Positions 59,770 through 64,000 of a stretch of DNA of 64,000 nt are shown here, in pieces; position 1 is the first letter of the stretch; every line of letters starts with the position of its first letter. This DNA comes from Candidatus Omnitrophota bacterium. GTDB taxonomy: Bacteria > Omnitrophota > Gorgyraeia > Zapsychrales > Fredricksoniimonadaceae. The position numbers and the translations under genes were made by a program. Where the stretch lies: contig CAVYLG010000003.1 in NCBI GenBank assembly GCA_963769315.1, positions 938,397 to 1,002,396 on the forward strand, written 5' to 3'. The notes beneath the pieces are model-generated. The model was not told the DNA's origin. It searched no databases and saw only the letters and a program-made list of their open reading frames with translations.

Positions 59770-62694
59770 ATGTTCCTCCTTTCTTACAACTTAACCTCAT
59801 TTTAACGGTGACTTTCCAAATTTCTTTAAGTTCATCGATACGGGCATTGATCACCGGCTGGTCTTTAAGCCCATAAACGACAAGTTCCGGGCTTGCTTCA
59901 ACCGTGCCGATCTTGGCAAAAGGAATGCCTTTGAAAATCTTTGCCAGCGCTTTTTCATGGGCAGGTGAAACTTCAGCAATAAAGCGCGAATTGCTTTCGG
60001 AAAAAAGCAAAACATCTTCCCGTCGCTGTTTACCCTTGATAAGGCAATTTCTTTAATAAAACCGTTGCCCCCAATCCGCCGGCAAAAGCCATTTCCGCCA
60101 AAGCAACAGCCACTCCGCCTTCAGAACAATCATGCAAAGAGGCAATCAATCCCGCCTTAGTTGCTTTCTCAAGCGCCTGATAAATTTTAGAGGCCATCTT
60201 AAAATTAACCTGTGGCACATGACTGCCCTAACTGTCCTAAATTTTCCAGATAAATCGATCCGCCCAGTTCATCAAAAGTTGTCCCGATCACATAAATACT
60301 GTTGCCCGCTTTTTTAAAATCCATGGTAACACATCTTCCTACATCGTCGATGATACCGATAGCAGAAATCAAAATGGTTCCCGGGATCGCAAGACTTTTG
60401 CCCTTTTGGGTATATTCATTATATAAACTGTCTTTGCCGGAAATAAACGGCGTGCCAAAAGCCACCGCGGCCTTATAACAACCTTGGGCACAACGCACCA
60501 AAGACCCCAGACGGTCAGGCTTATCCGGATTGCCCCAGCAAAAATTATCCAGCAAAGCAATGCGCTCTAAAGAACCTCCCACAGCGATGATTTGACGGAT
60601 AGCTTCATCAATGCAGGAAGCCGCCATCCAAAAAGGATCGATCATGCCATAACGCACATTAATGCCGTTGGAAACCGCGATGCCGCGGTTGGAATCCAGC
60701 CGGCCGCGGATCACCGCGGCATCCGAAGGCCCGTCGGTAGAAATCCCGACCAAAGGCTTAACCACACTGGTTCCCTGCACCTCATGGTCATAAACGCGGA
60801 TAACACTTTCTTTGGAAGCACATTATAATGGCTTAACGCCATGCATAAACTCTTCAGTCAAATCCGTGATCTTTCCTTGGGCAATTTTTCTTGCTTTAAA
60901 ACAGGCTTGTGATAAACCGCTTCCTTGGTAATTTGAGGCAACCCGTCATGAAGAAAGGACATGTCCAAATCAGCCACCTGCTGCCCGTGAAAAAACAATC
61001 GCAGGCGGCCGGAGCCGTCAAATTCACCTAAAACCACCGCTTCCACATTCTCATCCGCAAAAATCTTTAAAAGAGCTTCAATATTTTGAGGAGGCACAGA
61101 CAGGACCATGCGCTCCTGGGATTCTGAAATCCAAATCTCGTGATATTTAAGGCCCTGATATTTAAGAGGTGCCCTGTCTAAATCAACCCGGGCACCGGTC
61201 TTTTGCTCCCATTTCCCCGACGGCCGAAGAAAAACCGCCGGCCCCGCAATCGGTGATGGCAGAATACAAATTGGCCTCGCGCGCCTTTAAGAAGCGCATC
61301 CAGTACTTTTTTCTCCTCGATGGGATTGCCGATCTGCACGGCCCCTGAAGAGACTGTCTCTGATTCGCTGGTCAACTCTCCCGAAGAAAACGTGGCGCCA
61401 TGAATGCCATCGCGCCCGGTACGTCCGCCGACAGCCACAATCAAATCCCCTTGTTGACACGTTTGGTCTCTTTGCCTTTGGGGATAAGCCCGATATTGCC
61501 GCAAAAAACCAGCGGGTTGCCTACAAAATGTTTATCAAAAACAATGGCCCCGTTGACCGTCGGTATGCCCATCTTATTGCCATAATCACGCACCCCGGCA
61601 ATGACACCTTTCATGACCCGTTTGGGATGCAAGGTGCCTGAAGGCAGGCTCGCCAGCGGCGTATCCGGCGGGGCAAAACAAAACATATCGGTGTTGCACA
61701 AAGGTTTGGCCGCCAGGCCCGTGCCTAAAGTGTCCCGGATAACGCCGCCCACACCGGTATTGGCCCCGCCAAAAGGCTCCAGGGCAGAAGGGTGATTATG
61801 GGTCTCGACTTTAAAACAGACATGATAATCTTTATCAAAGGCAATGACCCCGGCATTGTCATGAAAAACCGAAACGCACCATTTTTTATTTAACTTCAGG
61901 GTGGCCGCGGCGATGGTGGTCTTAAAAAGGCTGCGGATGATCTGGGGCCGCCCGTGTTTTGCCTTCGCGATAGCGGATAACACCCCGGAAAGTTTTATGA
62001 CGGCAATGCTCGCTCCAGGTCTGGGCAATGGTTTCTAACTCGACATCCGTCGGATTGCGGCTTTCTTTTCTAAAATAATTCTGGATGGCCTTCATCTCAT
62101 CCAAATTTAAATACAACTGCCCGCTTTGAGAAATGTCGGCGAGTTTCTTATCATTGGCGCCCAGCAAATCCACGATCATCACATCAAATTTGGATACGGA
62201 CGGCCCCGTCATACCGAGTGTCGCGGGAACATGCGAAGGGTCAGGGACCACGTGCTGGATAAGTTTATTCATCAAAACACGGCTGGTGATGGATTCCAAT
62301 TGTTTAGCGGAAAGCTTGCCGTAAATGTGGTATTGCTTGGCCGTGCGCACGGCCATGATGCCCTTGGACCCCCAAATCACGGATGCCTTTGATCGTGGAA
62401 GCTTCCACGGGATCCATGACTCCGGGATTATAAGCGATCTCAACAACGTGGTGGGAGAGCGACTGCAGGGGCAGCTTTAGATCAAAACTATATTGCTCAA
62501 CGATAGGGTCGATCAAAAGTTCATCGCCGATACGCTTGACTTCCTCGCGGCTGATATTGCCTTCCAACAGGAAAACCGACACCACCCGCACCTGCACAGA
62601 CGTCGATGCCCAGATCAATAATATCACGGGCAATAGATTTCCCTATGGGATCAAGGGTCCCGTCTTTTTGTTTGACTTCAACGCGCCAGATCAT
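59735..62694 (-). pseudogene. purL: Phosphoribosylformylglycinamidine synthase, PurS-PurL fused form; at least 8 frame interruptions
   Basis: The start MIWRVEVKQKDGTLDPIGKSIARDIIDLGI (PurS-like, ATG 62692-94) is followed by a second PurS-like segment (...VFLLEGNISREEVKRIGDELLIDPIVEQY...). PurL signatures follow in successive frames: ...[11 protein letters not shown]..., ...[23 protein letters not shown]..., ...[12 protein letters not shown]..., ...GISTDG..., ...LHDCSEGG.... The 3' end is uncertain because the last frame runs 35 nt into the LOG gene. Confidence 0.88.
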
Positions 62695-63395
62695 TGGGAG
62701 ACTCTGCGTAATACTTCCTGATAGGCCTGTTCGATATTCCCCAGATCTCGACGGAAACGGTCTTTATCGAGCTTGTTGCCCGTGCCGACTTCCCACAACC
62801 GGCAGGTGTCAGGAGAAATTTCATCAGCCAGGATAATGCGATTCTGGATGCGGCCGAATTCCAACTTAAAATCGATCAGTTCAATGTTCAAATTCAAAAA
62901 AAACTTTTTTAAAACCTCATTGATCTTAAAAGCGGAGGCGGCGATCTTTTTGATTTCATCATCGGTGGCAAACTGTAAAGCACGGATATGGTATTCATTG
63001 ACCTGAGGATCGCCCAAGGCATCGTTCTTGTAACAGTATTCCAGGGTGGGACATGCCAAAGTCGTCCCTTCGGCCAGTCCCAACAAGCGGCACAAGGAAC
63101 CTGCCGCGCGGTTGCGGACGATGATTTCCAAAGGGACGATTTCAACGCGTTTGACCAACATCTCGCGGTCATTTAAACATTCCACGAAATGGGTTTCAAT
63201 GCCTTTACTTTCCAAGTGTTCGAAGATCTTGGTGGCGATACGGTTATTCATGATACCCTTTTCGGCAATGGTGCCCTTTTTCTGGGCATTGAACGCCGTG
63301 GCATCATCTTTAAAATATTGAATCAACAAAGACGGGTCCTCGGTGGTATACAGGATCTTGGCTTTGCCTTCGTATATTTTTTCAAGTTTTTTCAT
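62691..63395 (-). CDS. purC: Phosphoribosylaminoimidazole-succinocarboxamide synthase PurC
   Basis: Intact 234-aa ORF: ...IYEGKAKILY...PLEIIVRNRAAGS...ILADEISPDTCRLW.... Its stop forms an ATGA overlap with the purSL start. Confidence 0.95.
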   Translation of the reverse strand: MKKLEKIYEGKAKILYTTEDPSLLIQYFKDDATAFNAQKKGTIAEKGIMNNRIATKIFEHLESKGIETHFVECLNDREMLVKRVEIVPLEIIVRNRAAGSLCRLLGLAEGTTLACPTLEYCYKNDALGDPQVNEYHIRALQFATDDEIKKIAASAFKINEVLKKFFLNLNIELIDFKLEFGRIQNRIILADEISPDTCRLWEVGTGNKLDKDRFRRDLGNIEQAYQEVLRRVSQ

Positions 63396-63432
63396 ACTTA
63401 TTGGCCTCCTGCCAGATACTTATGTCTTCCTC

Positions 63433-64000
63433 TTACCTTATACCCGCTTGTTTAAAAATCTTGTCCCGATGACGGATGTAATATTTAATGTCAAAGCAGG
63501 CATTGATTTCATTTTGTGATAAATACTTACGTACCCGACGATCTCTAAAGAGCACATCTTTGAATTCCGTGCTTTCCTGCCAAACTTGCATGGCAGCGGC
63601 CTGGATAATCTCATAAGCAGCATCACGTGTGAGGCCCTTTTTCATCAATTCCAAAAGGATACGCTGCGAATAAATAAGCCCGCGCGTCTTGGAGAGATTG
63701 GCGATCATATTCTTAGGATAAACCAAAAGACCCTCGATGATCGGGATAAATTTATTAAGCATGTAATTAAGCGCGATGGTGGAATCGGGCAAAATGATGC
63801 GTTCCGCCGATGAATGGCTGATGTCCCGCTCATGCCAAAGATTGATGTTTTCCATGGCGACGATGGAATTGGCACGCAAAATGCGGGAAAGGCCGCAAAT
63901 ACGCTCGCAGGTCACGGGATTGCGTTTATGCGGCATGGCGGAAGAACCAATCTGCCCTTTGAAAAAAGGCTCTTCAACTTCCAAAAGCTCGGTTTTCTGC
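63433..64000 (-). CDS. purB: Adenylosuccinate lyase PurB, C-terminal part (5' end beyond the window)
   Basis: ...GSSAMPHKRNPVTCERI... (fumarate-lyase signature) plus the C-terminal ADSL domain. The frame is open to the window edge. Confidence 0.9.
   Translation of the reverse strand, partial: QKTELLEVEEPFFKGQIGSSAMPHKRNPVTCERICGLSRILRANSIVAMENINLWHERDISHSSAERIILPDSTIALNYMLNKFIPIIEGLLVYPKNMIANLSKTRGLIYSQRILLELMKKGLTRDAAYEIIQAAAMQVWQESTEFKDVLFRDRRVRKYLSQNEINACFDIKYYIRHRDKIFKQAGIR

Noticed and set aside
38153-62694. Interpreting the many broken housekeeping genes (glyA, era, purine genes, folC, cca) as genuine pseudogenes, or as evidence of genome decay or programmed frameshifting.
   Set aside because: The affected genes are essential or single-copy and show no other decay: no internal stops within frames, and conserved motifs are intact. 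The breaks I located sit mostly at short homopolymers, and neighbouring segments of the same contig are clean. Sequence or assembly error is the economical explanation. This remains unproven without reads.

Overview
Bacterial chromosomal segment with no rRNA, tRNA, CRISPR array or recognisable mobile element. It looks like a draft or metagenome-type assembly, and I cannot assign taxonomy from the sequence. I describe about 70 features.

Layout:
- 1-11 kb: endoQ-like gene (partial), leuS, speH, the thiazole operon thiS-G-H-F (+ strand), two secreted or membrane proteins, a cysK remnant, and mnmG.
- 11.2-27.2 kb: one long co-directional minus-strand glycan-utilisation cluster. In transcription order: two PilZ proteins, a GH94-like phosphorylase, a GPH symporter, an unknown 313-aa protein, a sugar ABC transporter, a clan GH-A hydrolase, TPR-like and CBM-like secreted proteins, a coiled-coil protein, and a LacI regulator.
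- 27.6-35.7 kb: a CvpA-like pair, a PA0069-type radical SAM gene, and three tandem paralogous membrane proteins (GT-C-like N-terminus plus C-terminal TPR).
- 36-64 kb, all minus strand: housekeeping genes mnmE, folC, purH, rpsU, kamA plus an ATP-grasp ligase, nth, era, a sugar kinase, yjbQ, an aminotransferase, cca, nrdR, glyA, rpiB, a tsaC-phosphatase fusion, and purD-M-Q-(LOG)-SL-C-B.

Main caveat: reading frames are broken roughly 60 times (hand count of ORF fragments). Almost all breaks fall in 18.7-23.5 kb and 38.1-62.7 kb and hit essential genes. Where I located them they mostly sit at short homopolymers. I read these as sequence or assembly indels rather than biology, and I report whole-gene spans reconstructed across frames.

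I found no clear-cut novel system. The best leads are:
- a 0.5-kb non-coding gap containing a strongly paired Y-shaped RNA candidate (37976-38128);
- a 3-copy ~60-nt intergenic repeat family;
- the GT-C/TPR paralogue triplet, with apparent gene conversion;
- a translationally coupled ATP-grasp-kamA pair;
- an unknown lower-GC gene inside the sugar cluster.
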